The notes beneath the pieces are model-generated. The model saw nothing but the letters and a program-made list of their open reading frames with translations, was not told the DNA's origin and ran no database searches. Shown here piece after piece: positions 25,281 to 39,317 of a stretch of 64,000 nucleotides of DNA; within the stretch, counting starts at the first letter, position 1, and the number at the start of each line of letters is the position of its first letter. This stretch comes from Gracilinanus agilis (lineage: Eukaryota), in NCBI RefSeq assembly GCF_016433145.1, contig NC_058133.1, positions 236,940,105 through 237,004,104 on the forward strand. The letters are read 5' to 3'. The translations under genes were made by a program, and so were the position numbers.

Positions 25281-26048
25281 TGAGTTATCTTATTAGCATG
25301 AGCTTTGGTCAGTAGGGCATCTCTCTCCTCTTAGCCCAGGATATTTTGGGGAAGTTTATAGAATTAGACCTTTGCTGATTCTTTCAGAAACCATTGTCCA
25401 TTCTGGTAGATTTCTGGAATGGAAAGCCATCCTTAAGAGGATAGAGAAAATGTCTCACTTTATATGACTAATAATCTAAAAGACCAGGGACTTGTGTTTT
25501 TTAAAGGATTTTTGCCACTTTGTATCACTGACTAACATTTCATTTCTTTTTCTCTTTAAGATAAACTAAAAACCTGGATTGCATGTTATAATCTATTTTA
25601 TTTTTGTATCCCTTGTTATGGAACTAAAATTATGGGGAGGTTCCCCATTGTAATTGGTTATGTAGATGTTATCAGATCAGATCTTACTTAATCTTATCAT
25701 GATGCGAGTTTGAACCTACTCTTATTACATGGCAATTCAGGAAGCAATAGTCTACTAATGTATATAACAAGTTACATACAATATTCATCAGTAGAGGGAG
25801 TATGCTAAAATGGCAGCTCTTTTAAAATACTGAAATATACTTGTTCACATGCAATAAAGGAAAATTTAGATGGAGGATAATGGCAAGCCTTCTGGAAAAC
25901 AGAAACATCTAAAAAGTTTTGTTAAAGAATAGCTCCAAAATGACTCTAGTTATTAGATTCTTTGTGTGGTCTCCTAAGGACAGAGTATTGTAGTGAAAAG
26001 ATCAAATGTGTACTGTATTGAATTTGTTTTTTTCACCTTATATTCAAG

Positions 26049-26180
26049 TGTGAATCTGGTTCTGAAGCTGATGGGACAGTGCACCGGAGGAAAAAGAGGA
26101 GGACCTGCAATATGATGGGCAATGGTGACACCACCTCTCAGGATGACTGTGTGAGCAAAGAGCGCAGCTCCTCCAGGTGA
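26049..26180 (+). CDS. JMJD6: JMJD6 coding exon 6 ([18 protein letters not shown]...KERSSSR*); CDS 1212 nt = 403 aa
   Basis: AAG acceptor, NLS-like RRKKRR, TGA 26178-26180; AATAAA at 26445-26450. Confidence 0.96.
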   Translation, partial: CESGSEADGTVHRRKKRRTCNMMGNGDTTSQDDCVSKERSSSR

Positions 26181-27354
26181 CCAAGTGGTATTGCTGTTGA
26201 TTTTAAAGGACATGCTCACACTGAGCTGACAGGGTGAGGGTAGGGAGTCCCATTGGATCCTGCAGATGAGGTGAGGGACAAGGAAAGCCAGACAATGAGG
26301 ACTGCCCTCAAATGTGAATCAGTTTGCTTGTCAGTTGATTTAAATGGCCTTCTCCTCCACCAATTCAAATTAACATGGTTTGTTCTACAAAAGAAGCTAA
26401 GAACCGCTGTCTAAATGGTGCCAAGAAAAATATTTGCATTATTTAATAAAATGGAATTCATTTTATAACTTTCAATGTTTCTTGCCTTTAGTTTATCAGA
26501 ACCTTCCCCTGGTGCCCGTTTATCATGGTACTGGGGGAATGTTGATTTGGGATTTGTTTCCTCCCCTGATGGAAATCACAGGTCTTTTTTGCTTATGGGA
26601 AGTGGAGACTTCTTATTTTGGCTACTTTACTGTTGTCTTGACTTTCCCTCCTCCTTCCCTACCTCACCCTTCCTTCAGCTTTGTCTGCCAGCAGCAATAT
26701 TAACTGCTTCACATGAGAAAAGAAGCAGTTCAAAGTCCTCAGACCTTTCATTATGTAAGGTCACAATTCAGAATAAAAGAATGACTCTTTCTCTTTTTGT
26801 ACATCATGGAAAAACTAAAGTCCTTTTCCTCTTGTGCAACTCAAAATATGTCCATGTCAAAAGTAATTCTTAGGAGTTTTGGAGGGGTTGGGAATCACGT
26901 TAATTTTTAAGTGTCTATAGCTTTTATCACTGAAATGCTTTTTGCCAGTGAGATCTGTGCCATTTTGTTTTTTTAATTTCCCCCTAAATTATAAAAACTA
27001 GAGGCCACATTTTTATTTAACTTTCCATTTGTGAGACTGGAATTCCATAAGGAAGTTGGCCTTTTAAAAATTAGGAGCATGGTTAGTGAAATAAGATGTA
27101 ATCTTGCTTCGTTTCTGTTATGTTTTGAGCTGTGCTGGAGTTATAATTAATTACTGAGCACTTTATTATATTTATTGGTTTGTAATATGTTAGTTACTCC
27201 CATCTCTACCAGTCTTAGATGAGAAATCTTGGCTTTCATTTAAGTACCCTATGGTTTGGGTCATCTAATGTTCTGTAATTAGTCATTTCCTTTAGCTTTT
27301 CACAAACTTGTGTGGTCAACATACAGATTTAGGCAGTTGTACTTTCCTTGGCAG

Positions 27355-27391
27355 GATTAGGGAAACTTTTGGAGACTGTGCTCAACCCTGA
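27355..27391 (+). CDS. JMJD6: JMJD6 alternative last exon (R-IRETFGDCAQP*), giving a 414-aa isoform through donor AG|GTGA at 26177; long UTR with AATAAA at 28811-28816 and 28828-28833
   Basis: ACTTTCCTTGGCAG acceptor, phase 2 matches the donor. Same length as, and similar to, the recalled human isoform-1 tail IRDTCGGRAHP. Confidence 0.8.
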
Positions 27392-30300
27392 GCAGTAATG
27401 AAACTCCTCTAGAGGTGGCTGCAGTGTTAGTAGCCACCCAATCCGGTTTTCACCTCCTCTGCTTCTACCTACTCCTTAATCTTCTTTGAATCTGGACAGC
27501 TCATTTCTGGTCCAAGATTCTGTCTTCCATCAAATACTGCTTAAAGGGTGAGAAGACCTAAGAGCTTTATGAGTTCTGAAGGCAAATATGGTGTTGGGTA
27601 AGAAGGTTCAATACTTTCCATTACTTAAGGAAGATAAAAATGATTTGTTTAAAGATAGTTTTACATTTAGTCAACTAACATTAAGGAAATTTCTCAACTA
27701 TCAAAAAGTTAACTAGAGGTATTAATTTTTCAGTTGAGTTGACTTTATGATTATTGAGGGAAATTATTGACATGAAAATTTCTTTTCAATATGGAGTTTT
27801 TTCTAATTCACTGAATTGCAGATGGGGCCAAGCCAACAAAATTTTGTTACATCTTTAACAACACCTTATTCCTTCGACCAAAAAATCAATAGGTGTGTGG
27901 GCTACATTCTGATTATTTTTTTCCACTTGATGCTTCAAGTTTTTTGGAATCCATTTTCATACAGTTGTAGCACCAACAGATTACTTTGGGACTAACCATT
28001 GTTCTTTCTTCTGATTCATCTACTTGTCTTTACCCATTCCTGGTGTGTAGTCTGTTCAGCAGTGTAAGATGAGGAAGGGAGAAGAACACAGGACAGTAAA
28101 AATAGCCACTTTTCATTTTAATGTTAGAATTTTCATTTTGAAATACTATTTGTTCACAATGTTTCCAATGTCATTGGAGTTTTTCTATATATGTGTTAGC
28201 ATTATCTGGTTTCATGAAACATACTTTCTGTAAGTTTTAAACAATTCAAATGTTTCTCAGCGTTTGGGAATTAGGAGTATCCCTCAAAAAGTTGGTATTT
28301 GTCTAATAAATTCAAGACTTTTACTGTAAGATATTAAATTGTAGCTCTCTTAATTAATTTTATTATTGGACCACTAGTTTTATTCTGAAGTTAGATCATC
28401 TCTTCCAGTGCATCTTGGTTCTTCTGTTATAAAGTGCTGTTTGCTAAACAGTTGCTGGAGCAGGGGTGGATTCCAGTGGATACTGTTTCATGTTGGGAAA
28501 TGAGGGAATGGATATATCACCCTATAAGCTGCATGATACCTGAGCTGCAAGCCATGGTATGCTACTGCAGCCTCTTCTAATTACATGGAATATACCGCAA
28601 TACCAAGGGATGAGTGGACAACTTTTAATTGTGAATGTGTGTGAATGAAGTAAGTCATTAGGCATTTAAACTGACTTTGTACTTCATATCTAATAATGTT
28701 CTTAAATACTATAAACAATACCTTGTTTCCACATTTCTAGTAATTGTACTTGCCTTTTTAAATATCTCTTTCTTAATTCCCTAACAAAGTCCACATTTAC
28801 ATTCATTAAAAATAAATACTATCAGTAAATAAAATACATTGACACCATCAGAGGTAATCTTTCCCTATAAGTTTGTTTTAGAACTTGAAATTTTTCCCAT
28901 TGTATTTTTTTCCCCAATACACCATTAGTATAGGCCACTTAGCTGTTATCTTTGGAAACAGACCAGGGAACCTGAGGAAATGGAACACATTCTTTGTAAG
29001 TGCGTTGAGGGGGTAAAAAGGGAAGGGAAAATCCTAGTAGGAAGGACAGAACTGAGTAGGACGCTGCAGTAAATTTCTAGGCAGTTAAAGAGCAGGACAA
29101 AGACACCAAGATTCCTTCTTGTTTTGAGTTTAGACGGTCTAGGCAAAGTTACTGGGTTTTTAAAATATTTGTATTTTTATCATCACTTTCTCCTCTCGCT
29201 ATTGAACAATTAAAAAAAAAAACAGAAAAATAAAACCCTCAAATAAAATCCTCATAAATACTCAATCCAACAAAACAAATACCTACATTGGTCATGTCTA
29301 AAAATAAAGATGAATGTCTCAGTATTCATTTTAAGTCTCGACCCTTTGGCAAGAGGTTGCAACCTATTTCATCTTCAGCCCAACACTTGGCTTATGTGTC
29401 AATCAAGTAATAAGAGGATTTTATATTTATCTTGCCCTAAATGTAGATCAGCTGTAAACAAGGAGGTATTCAGATTTTAGTCCACACCCAAAGATATTTT
29501 AAGTTAGGGTAGTATAGTAGTAGCAAAAATGTAGAAGCTAGTATCTGGAACACCATATGTCACAAAGAGATAATGTGCAAATTCAATCTAAGAAAAATAA
29601 AGTTGAACTTCCTGAAGATAAGATTTTTTTAATTGAAAAAAATGCTATGATGGGATTGAACTTATAAATTGGATAGTGAAAACAGAATGTTATTCGACAA
29701 GCATTTCAGCTGAGGATTAGGCAAAAAATAATACTTGCCATGAAAAGCTTTAAAAACCCTGTGATTGTTTAGGACATTTTGTAAAGCTAAAAGTTTTTTT
29801 GGTTTTTTTTGCTTTTGAAAGGCAAGGCCTGATTTTTTTCTTCTTATTTATTTCATTAAATATTTACTAATTATACTTTTAAAAATTTAATAATCTTTTT
29901 AAAAATTTTGAGTTCCAAATTCCTTCCTATACCTCTCTTCTTGAGAACAAGCAGTTTGACATTGATTGTACATGTGAAGTCATGTAAAACATTTCCATTT
30001 TAGCCAGGTTAAAGCTAAGGTAAAAGCATTGCCTATAATCTAAGCTCATAAACAGTACTGAAAATAGCAACAATTTCTTCAACTTTGTCTAACATCACCA
30101 TTAGTATGAATTAATTGTACTGAAAGTAACACTGCAAGAAATTGGTTTCTCATTCCATGGCAGTTACCACTGTCAGCAGCAAGCAGCAGTGAATGCCCTA
30201 AGTCCTTTGTGCTTTTTAGTGGGTACAGTCCTGAGACAACGTTTCCTAATGCCATTGCCAAAGTTCATCTAACAGAAGAAACTTCTTTTTACTACCCACC

Positions 30301-32099
30301 TGCCCCTGCCACAACCCTCAGATCTTTGTCTCCATTTCTTCACAGTGACTAGAAACTAAAGAGGAAAGAAATATAATTGTCCACATCTCACATCAATCAG
30401 AAATATCTTACCTGGGTTAAATTTGTTCCTTATTTTAAATAAAATATTCATTTGGAGTTTGGTTTTTTTCCCCTTTACTAACCTTCATTAATCATTTAAG
30501 TTTGTACAATGCAATTGTTATTTACTTACCCTCCAAATATAAAATTGAAGCCTGAAGTCTTGCATCACACTCAGTACTTTACACCACAGGACATAAACCT
30601 AAGAATTCAGTTTTGGATTAGGATAACCTATAACCTAATACTCTTGTCCCTAAAGTATTATATATTATCTCCCAATAAGAGGAAGTGCTCATCTCCTCAA
30701 ATCCAAATAGAACTGGGCCAAGGGAAGAAAACTGTTTTGAATGTCAATTTACTTGGTTTGGGTTCTCAAGAATCTTTCGCTACATTGATCATATGCTTTA
30801 TAACTGAATTTCTACTTTATATTCCCATCACTACCACATTCCGAAATCTTGTGTCCTTGTCCAGTTTAACCTTAACTCTTAAATTGCCAGACAGTATAAG
30901 GTTGAATTTTATGTAAAAAGAGGAAATCTTATTTTTTTCTACTCAGAATGAATTTGCTTTCATCATGACATATTACAAAAGTCTAATTCAGGGGAAAGTA
31001 TTCACAAAAGCTGGTAGATGTAAAGGATTAAATTATTTTCCTTCGTGCAAGACCCAAGATGAGTCCATTTCACCTTAAAGGCCATTGAAGAAGAAATGCC
31101 TTCTATTTTACTTCCCCACTCAGGAATTATGAAAAGGATGAAAGGGATAAAATGATCAATGTTAACTACAAAAATGTGGAGAAGTAGGGCCAAATTAAAA
31201 AAAAAACAACTGGGTCTTCAGCATGAGAACCTGGTGAAACACAACCCAATAATTTACTATTAGTGCAACCAAAATCAAGAAATGATAGTTATTCACACTG
31301 ACACTGTAATCCTATATAGTGTAAGAACTGCTTTGTCAATATTTCTGGGGATATTGCAATGATAATTTTGTTTTGGAATGAATGTCATTCCTTGATTGTT
31401 TAGAAACTCTGATTTTATCTTTCTTGACTAGTTTTTTATTCTTTGTTTTTATTGAGCTTTGGCTAGCATCTGTCTTAGTAAAAAATACTTAGAATAAATA
31501 AATTTCAGCATGGTACAGTAGAAAAAATACCCACTGTAGTTGGAGGTTCAATTCCCTTCTAATCTATCTTTGTGACTTGGACAATTAATAATTGCTTTTT
31601 AAGTTAAGATTTGCAGCGTAGGTGCTATTCTCATTTTATAGATGAGGAAACTTAAGGCACAGGGAGGTTTAAGTGACTTGTTCAGGATCACACAATTAGT
31701 GTCTGGAAGAATTTGAACTTGGGATTTTCCAGACTTCGGGTTCTTCCTTCTCTCTAGGAACAAAAATCAACCTTCTTGGACATGTTTAGTTTGTAAAATA
31801 AGGGGGTTTGGACTGGATTTTCTCCAAGATAATCTTCCTTCCAGCTGTTGATCTAATAGTTCTGAATACTGAATCTGATTCTTGAGTGATCAACTAGAGT
31901 GTCCCTAGGCCACTAGTAAAGTTCAAAACCTTTAAGGTCTATGTCAATTGCTGGTGGATAACCTAATCCAAAAAAAAAAAAAACACAACTTCCTTTGACA
32001 CCTAATAGTCAATATGAAGGGAAGAAAATTGCTAGGGAATTGTATTGTTCAGTTCAAAGTTGAGCTTTTAGGCGCTTTAGCCCTCTACTCCCAGGTTTA

Positions 32100-32403
32100 C
32101 CTGATTCTTTAGGGAGCGAGGGGGGCCAAAGCAGGTTATGGGAGGGGAAAGGGGTTGGGGTCCAAAGGCGTCTGGAGAATGGAAGGAGACTGGACGCCGG
32201 CAGAACTCCGGGGGAGGAGAGAACACGACATCCCGCCACGCTGCGGCCGGAATTCTGGATCCAGAGTCCATGAGGGGCCGCAGCTCCCCTCCCACCCTCA
32301 TCCAGGCGACCGATCCTAGGGCTCCGCCTCAGGGTGGGGCGAGATCCAGGCCCCCCTCCCCCAACCCAGCCCCGGTGCCCCTACCTTGAGGCCAGGGCGG
32401 GGG
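32100..32403 (+). promoter_or_regulatory. MXRA7: MXRA7 CpG-island promoter and 5' UTR
   Basis: Local GC/CpG peak (about 32100-32780) directly upstream of the ATG at 32404. Confidence 0.75.
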
Positions 32404-32661
32404 ATGGAGGCCCCGAAGGAGGTGTTGGCCGCGCTGCCGCTCTGGGGGACCGCGCTAGCATTGCTGCTTGCCTCGCTTTGGCTGTGGCGGAGCCGGGCCC
32501 GTGCTCCTCGGGACTCGGAGGGCCCTGCTCCCTCAGAGCCGGCCTGGCACTCCGCGGGCGCCAAAGAGGCGCGGACACGCGGGCTAGTGCCCCACAAACC
32601 GGAGGAGCCTCGGGTGAGGGCAGGAGAGAAGGAAGAGAAGGAGGAGGAGGAAGAGAGGCAG
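32404..32661 (+). CDS. MXRA7: MXRA7 coding exon 1 (MEAPKEVLAALPLWGTALALLLASLWLWR...EEEEERQ): N-terminal hydrophobic anchor plus Pro/Glu-rich linker
   Basis: GGGATGG start, similar to recalled human MEAPAELLAALPALATALALLLAWLLVRR; CAG|GTACGG donor, 258 nt, phase 0. Confidence 0.9.
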
Positions 32662-33929
32662 GTACGGATGCAGTTGCCCACCGCGCCATGGTTCCTTCTT
32701 TCTTCCGTTTGGCCAGAACTCTTCGTCTTCTCCCCCCCCCCCCCCCCCCATCTTTTGTCGGGACTCACTTCGTGTTTTCTCCTCGGGATTCTCTTTTATT
32801 GCTGCCATGCTTGTACCCAGAGCTCAAGCATCCTCTTTGTCTTTGTCTTTTTGGGTTGTCCCCTCCCCCACTTCGAGGTAGGAGACTTAAGCTGATTCTA
32901 GCCCTCTTAATCACTCTCCTTCCCCGACTTCTCATTTTCCTCACCCCCATTGTACAAGAGGCCAAAGAAAGTGTCAGTCTTTGCCCTTTCCTGCTCTCCC
33001 CTCTGAGTACAGTTCTTTTTGGAGCCAGAATTGAATATCAGGTCACCCCACCCCCGGAAATTTACATCAGTTTAAAGATATCAGAAAAACGACTTGAGAC
33101 TTTTCTCTAGACTCTGCATTAAAAGGAAACCTAATGTCTGGAATAGACCAAGGCTGGTTGTGTTGAGAGTAATGTTGAAGCTGAGGCCCGCAACCAGCAG
33201 ATCTGGCATGTCTGTGAAAATTTCCCCTGCCACCCACCTCCCTGAGGTTGTTTCTTAGCTATTTGGGGAAGCTGTGTCTTCTTTCTTTCCCTGCATATCA
33301 GTGCTGCTACTGAATGCTAGAAGATTTGGGGTTTTCATCTAACATCATTTCCCTCACCTCTTTTACCCACTTGTTTTACATATAAAACTGCAGGTGACAT
33401 TTTCTCAGGCCTGGGATTAGAGATTCTGATAGTCATTCTGAAAGGGAATACAGAAGAGTGGCAGATAGCGTTTTCCTTTTTTAGGACAAGTTCAAATCTA
33501 TATTTCAGATTTGATCGAGAAGCTAATTTACAAAGCATATGAGGCATTAATTTAGAAGAAGGATGCTGTATATACATAGAAGTTATTTTATATGTTATTG
33601 TCTTAAAACGATACATCATTTCTGGAACTAATAGTAGATCTCTGACCGATGTCTATTGTGAGGAGCAAGGTGAGGACTCATAACAGAGTTGAGCTTCAAA
33701 CTTTCCCTTTTCCCAACATTTTATTCTATTCTGACTCATATTTCCTTAAAAAAAATTCATTTATCCTATTTTCAAGTCCAGATTTTCTCCTTCTCCTTAA
33801 CTTTCCCCTACCCATTGAGAAGGCAAAAATTATAAAACATTACAAATATGAAATTATACAAAACAACCATGTTCTGGTTTAGAGGGGGTGGGGAATAAAA
33901 AAAAAAGAGAGAGAGAGAAATATATTTCA

Positions 33930-35030
33930 ATCTGCACTCTGCAGAGTCCATTAGTTATCTATCAGGAGAGAGTATTTTTCAACAAGAGTCCTTTGGAACT
34001 GTGGTGAATTGTTAATCAATTAATTCACAGCTATTATCTTTACTTTTTTTTTTTTTTTTGCTGTATGTAAGTCACAGATTTTTCTTTTTTTTTATTGACA
34101 TGCAAAAGACACTTCCATATTGGTCATTATTACAAGAGCAAAATCATCCATAACCAAAACCCCAAAATAAAACCAAAAATGTACTAATGTGATAGATGAC
34201 TCCAACAGTTCTTTCTCTGGAAGCCGATAGGATTCCCCATTATGTCTTTCAGAATTGTCCTAAATCATTGCATTTCTGAGAGTTGCCAAGTTTTCACAGA
34301 TAATCATCATCCAATATTGCTGTTATTGGGTACAGTGCTCTCCCAGTTCTACTTATTTTGCTCTGCATCAGTTCCTGCAGATCTTTCCAGCTTTTTCCGA
34401 AATCATCTTGCTTAATTAACATCTCTTATAGCACAATAGTATTTCATTATCAACATTATCAACAAACAAAATTACCAAAATTTGTTCAGCTGTTCCCCGA
34501 TTGGTAGATACCCCCTCAATTTCCAATTCTTTGCCACCAAAAAAAGAATAACTATAAATATATATTATATGCATATAATATATGTAGAAATATTTTTGTA
34601 CAAGTGGGTCCTTTCCCCTTTTTTGTTATCTCTTTTCTCCAGGCTTTTCTGTACCATCCTCTGCATCATTTCTTACAGCACAATGGTATTTCATCACTTT
34701 CATATACCATAACTTGTTCAACCATTCCCCAATTCTTTGCCTATATAAAAGTGAACTACCATCAACATTTTTGTACATATTACCTTATCTTTGCTCTCTT
34801 TAGGGTATAGACCAAGTAGGGTCAGAGGATCTTACTAAGGCAAAGTTTTTATTAAATCAAATTATCCTTTTAATAACTTTTTTGGGCATAGTTCCAAATT
34901 GCTCTCCAGAATGATTGGACTAGGTCACAGTTCTACCAACAGTGGAGCAGTGTACCAATTTTCTCACATCCCATTTAGGATTTTTCATTTTTCCTTTTCT
35001 GTCATTTTAGCCAATTGATAGTTATGAGGT
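33930..35030 (-). mobile_element. L1 3' UTR region (marsupial L1); related copies at about 53710-54560, 55325-55710 and 63475-64000
   Basis: Shared motifs AAAACCCCAAAATAAA, TCCAACAGTTCTTTCTCTGGA and CAGAATTGTCCT occur in these copies. Confidence 0.7.
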
Positions 35031-35094
35031 AGCATCTTACTTTTACTTTCAGTGTTTTGAGGGATATATTTGCTATCTGAGTAAGTCACACAGG

Positions 35095-35330
35095 CAGGTT
35101 GATGGATAGAATTCCAGACCTGGAATCAGGACAACTTGAGTTCAAATATGACCTCAGACATTTACTAGCTGGGTGACCTTGGCCAAGTCCTGTTTCCCTC
35201 AGTTTCCTCATCTGTTAAATGAGCTGGAGAAGGAAATGGCAAACTATTCCAGTATCTTTTCCAAGAAAACCCCAAATGAGGTCACGAAGAGTTGGACATG
35301 ACTGATAATGCCTGAACAGAGAGGATTCTG
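35095..35330 (+). mobile_element. MAR1-like CORE-SINE with RTE/Bov-B-type tail
   Basis: CORE CTCAGTTTCCTCATCTG followed by GGAGAAGGAAATGGCAAACTATTCCAGTATC...GAGTTGGACATGACTG. Confidence 0.85.
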
Positions 35331-36588
35331 ATGTATATTTTGGTTGTAAGTTTTTACGTTTTGAGCCTTAAAAGTTGATACTATTCAATAATGGACTATA
35401 CAGCCCAGCCTAAAAATGTATTGGTCCAGAGACTATTTCTCTTATCTTGACCTTGATCAATAAAGGAGAGATGCCAGGATGTTATAGTTAACATGACATT
35501 TTGAGTATTATCTACAGATTGCACATATATAGTTGATTAGCAAACAGTAACTTTAAAAGGTTAAATTTTAGTTAAGCCTTTTGTATTACTTAATTACAAT
35601 AATCTATAAATCTCAGACCCCAGTGTTTTGCTTTCACATTGTCGGCTTCCTCAGCATTCTTCTAGGGACCCTTTACATTTACAATAGAGCCATAATATCT
35701 CTGTACCTTTGTCTTCAAATTATTTTAGAGTTGTGAGCAACAGGCCAGTAGGTCTTTAAATTAAAAAACGCTATACGTTGTCTTGACTTCTAAATTGAGA
35801 ATCAGATGTTTTTAGTACTAGAAAGCGAGTACTGATTGCTTTTCTAACTAGAATAAATAAAGTAATATTATCCATCAGTTAACAAGCATTATAAGTGTTT
35901 TTGTAAGCCTACTATATTCTAAGCACTGTGCTAGACACTGAGGATTGAAAACAAACCCCTCCAAAATGAAACAATGGCCACTTTTAAGAAGCTTACCTGA
36001 CTGAGAATTGGAGACCAGAGTAGACAGACAAACATATAAATGTTTAAGTATATATAGAATAAATACAGGGAAGAGAGAGAATGTACTAACAGTTGAACAA
36101 TCAGGAAAGGCCCTTTGTAGAACAGGTGTTCCCAATCTTTTCTGAGTCCATTTTTGAATGGAAATACTTATGAGAATATTTTAAAAAACAAGTTCACAGA
36201 CTGTGAATTTACCTCTGTATACATTGTAGAATGTGGTATTTGAGCTTTTTCTTGAAGAAAACAAGGCATTCTTTAAGGTAGAGGTGAGAGAAGACTGAAT
36301 TACAGCCTTGGAGGAAGACCAACTTACCAATACAGAGAAAGTAGGAGTGTTGTGTTTGAGAAACAGAGAAAAGGCCACTTTGGCTAGCTACAATGTAGAA
36401 CGGGAGAAGAGTAAGGTATAATAGGCTGAAAATACAGGCTAGGGCCAGTTTGTGAAGGGTCTTAAAAGCCAGAGAGGTATATATTTTATCCTAGAGACAC
36501 TAACTACTGTAGTTGAATAACAGAATGACATAGAGAGATCTTCACTTTTGTAAAATCATTTTGACAAGCTATATGATAATGAATTGGA

Positions 36589-36805
36589 GATGGGAGAAAA
36601 ACCTGAAGCAGGGAGAAATTAGGAAGTCATTATAAATAGTCCATGTAAGAGCATGAGAGTCTAAGATGGGCGAAACTTGAAGCAGGGAGAAAAATTAGGA
36701 AGTCATTGTAAATAATCCATGTAAGAGCATGAAAGCCTGATATGGGAGAAACTTGAAGCAGGGAGAAAAATTAGGAAATCCATGTAAAAGTCATGAAAGC
36801 CTGAA
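36589..36805. repeat. About 76-bp unit repeated 2.8 times inside an old L2-like fragment (about 35870-37260)
   Basis: ATGGGAGAAA(C)TTGAAGCAGGGAGAAAAATTAGGAA...CCATGTAAGAGCATGAAAGCCTGA starts at 36589, 36665 and 36741. Confidence 0.9.
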
Positions 36806-39317
36806 ATAAGGTTTGGCCAAGTGAGTGAAGAAAAGATAAGAAATATTGTGGAATTAGGAATGACAAGATTTGAAGTGAGAGAATGAGGAGTTGAAGATTA
36901 ATTCCAAGTAGAAAAATGGTGATACAAATAAGGAAATTTGTAGAGGGCTAGATTTAGTGGAAAAGATGAGTTTTATTTTTGACAGTTGAGTTCGAGATGT
37001 CTCTAGGACTATAGATTATAGTTTGAAATCTCCAATAGGCAGTTGATGATATGAGACTGAAATTCAGAATATACACTAAGAACTAGATTTATGTAAATCT
37101 CTGAGTCATATACATAAATATGAAAATTACAACCATGAGAAATGATGAGATCACCAAGAGAAAGTATGTACAGAGAAAATAGAATTTGGTCCAGGACAGA
37201 ACTATACCAACTTAAAAGGCATTATATGAGTGATACATCTGTAAAAGGAGACTAAGGAGTAGTCAGACAGGTAGATATAATTTATCATTCCATTCAACAA
37301 GTATTTTTATGTGCGAAGCACCCAGGATCAAACAAGACACCAGTTCTTTCTCTAAAGCACTTACAATTGGTCTTACAAGAAATGACTATCCTAGTAATAA
37401 GTTATCATAATGTACTAATTAGTTACTGCTTATTGCTTTATTTACCCTCAGAATAGTCCCATATACTCCTAGGGAGTACAAGTGGCACTGGTGTATTTTA
37501 AGAGTGAAGACACACAGACTGACAATAGTTAATTAATCCTAGGATCAAAAATAGATCTGGAAGCATTCTTTTGAAGGTGTAGAATTCTTTGTAATAATAC
37601 TGAAATACTGACTCTCCAGGCACTATTTGAGACCTCAATGGACTTAGACTGGGAGAAGTAGACTAGAATTTGTCCTGAGTGCCAGCCTTCAAGGAGTCAG
37701 GTTCAGTTTGGCTGACTATTTAAGAATTTTAATAATAATAATACAAATGAGAGTGGGACTTTAAGTAGTCTGCCTCCACAGGAAGCCTATGAAATAATTA
37801 TTGTATAAGAATGGGCACCCTCCACAGGAACCTAGCCTATGAAGTTTCAACATAGAAATATCAAGCAAATGGCTGAGTCACATGGATTGTTATGATGGTA
37901 ATTCAGGACCACAGCACTGCCATCAGAAGTTACAGAATGATTATTCTTAAGGAGTTCAAATCTAGTAATTAATATAAACTGTATAAGGAAAGAGTAGAAA
38001 GGGAAACATATCAGTGTATGCTGTAAAAATTTAATGTCTAGCAAGAAAAGACTAGGAGACTAGAATCATATACCAGTGCTAAATATCTTTCATGGACTGA
38101 CAGACAATAATACTGACAGACAATAATCCTCATTCTACAAATGCAGAACTGAACATATCTTGGAGAACTCAACCAATAAAATTCATTTTCACAGACTGAA
38201 TTACCCAAAGATAACATTGATTATAAAAATTTAAGCAGAATATTTTAAAAAGCTGTCTCACTGCCAAATACTCATAATCTCTAAGCTACTTGTAACAAAA
38301 AAGCTTTCAAAACACATTAATCTAGCAAAGAAGACAAAAATCAATTGAATAAAACGAGATGTATGTCATTTCATGTTGTTCTGTTGTACTGAGGATGCTT
38401 TCAGCAACCTTACAGAAGTCAAATTCTAATACTTTTATTCAACTACTAAAAGCAGTTATTTTGTCTAACTCTGCATTAGGATATTAAGTATAAAAAAAAA
38501 AGCAGATAATTATTTTTTCCAAGACCAAGCCTATCTGAACTTCATTGAAAAAGATGAAAAGAACGAGTTTGATAATAACAATAATATTAATAACTAACAT
38601 TTATCCATAAACATTTATTTATAATCTACTATGTGCTAGCACTGTGCTATGCACAAGAGATAATAATGGGGGGAAAAGTCAATTCCCCTCTTTAAAGAGT
38701 TTACAATCTACTGTGGGAAAGCATTATACAAAAGGATGCTGAAAAGAAATGCGTTCCAGAGTCATGATGTTTCTGGAAACCAAGCAGAGGAACTGATGAA
38801 AAATGAAAAGTTCCCTAGAAAGCTCTGAGCCTACCATAAAGAAAGGCTTTTAGAGAAGTTTATTGGTCTTCAGAGGGGAAAGACATCTGAGGGTGCTGAG
38901 ATGTTTAATATCCAAGCTGATAGGGGAGACATGATGTGTATTTACTTTCATTTATTTATTTATTTAAATTAAGTTTGAATTAAGTAAAAAATAAATTAAA
39001 AAATTATTTATTTAAAGCAATGTTTTAAAAATTTCAAATTGTTTTACATACATATATCATTTGATCCTCATTTGAAGTAGACACTCTAGGTATTACTATA
39101 TAACCCTTTTACAGATGAAGAAACTGAGAATCGGAGGGGTAAAATAATTTATTTGCCCATGGCAGCTCAGCCAGTATATGTGAGATGCAAATTTTGAAAT
39201 CAGCTTTTTCTGACACCAAGTTTAGCACACTGTTGATAATTACACTATGTTTCTTCAGTAACACATCAGTAGATACAACAAGATGTTCTGCTCTGAATTC
39301 TTTGACTTGCCTTTCAG

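Noticed and set aside
30079-31193. Short ORFs between JMJD6 and MXRA7 (30079-30261, 30509-30916, 31002-31193)
   Set aside because: AT-rich, with no domain, promoter or exon structure that I can support.
32334-33110. 258-aa minus-strand ORF and other frames over the MXRA7 CpG island; TTG-start extension at 32386
   Set aside because: Antisense shadow of a GC-rich exon. The real start is the ATG at 32404, which matches the family N-terminus.
36589-36805. Regularly spaced direct repeats as a CRISPR-like array
   Set aside because: Eukaryotic context, contiguous units with no unique spacers and no cas genes.
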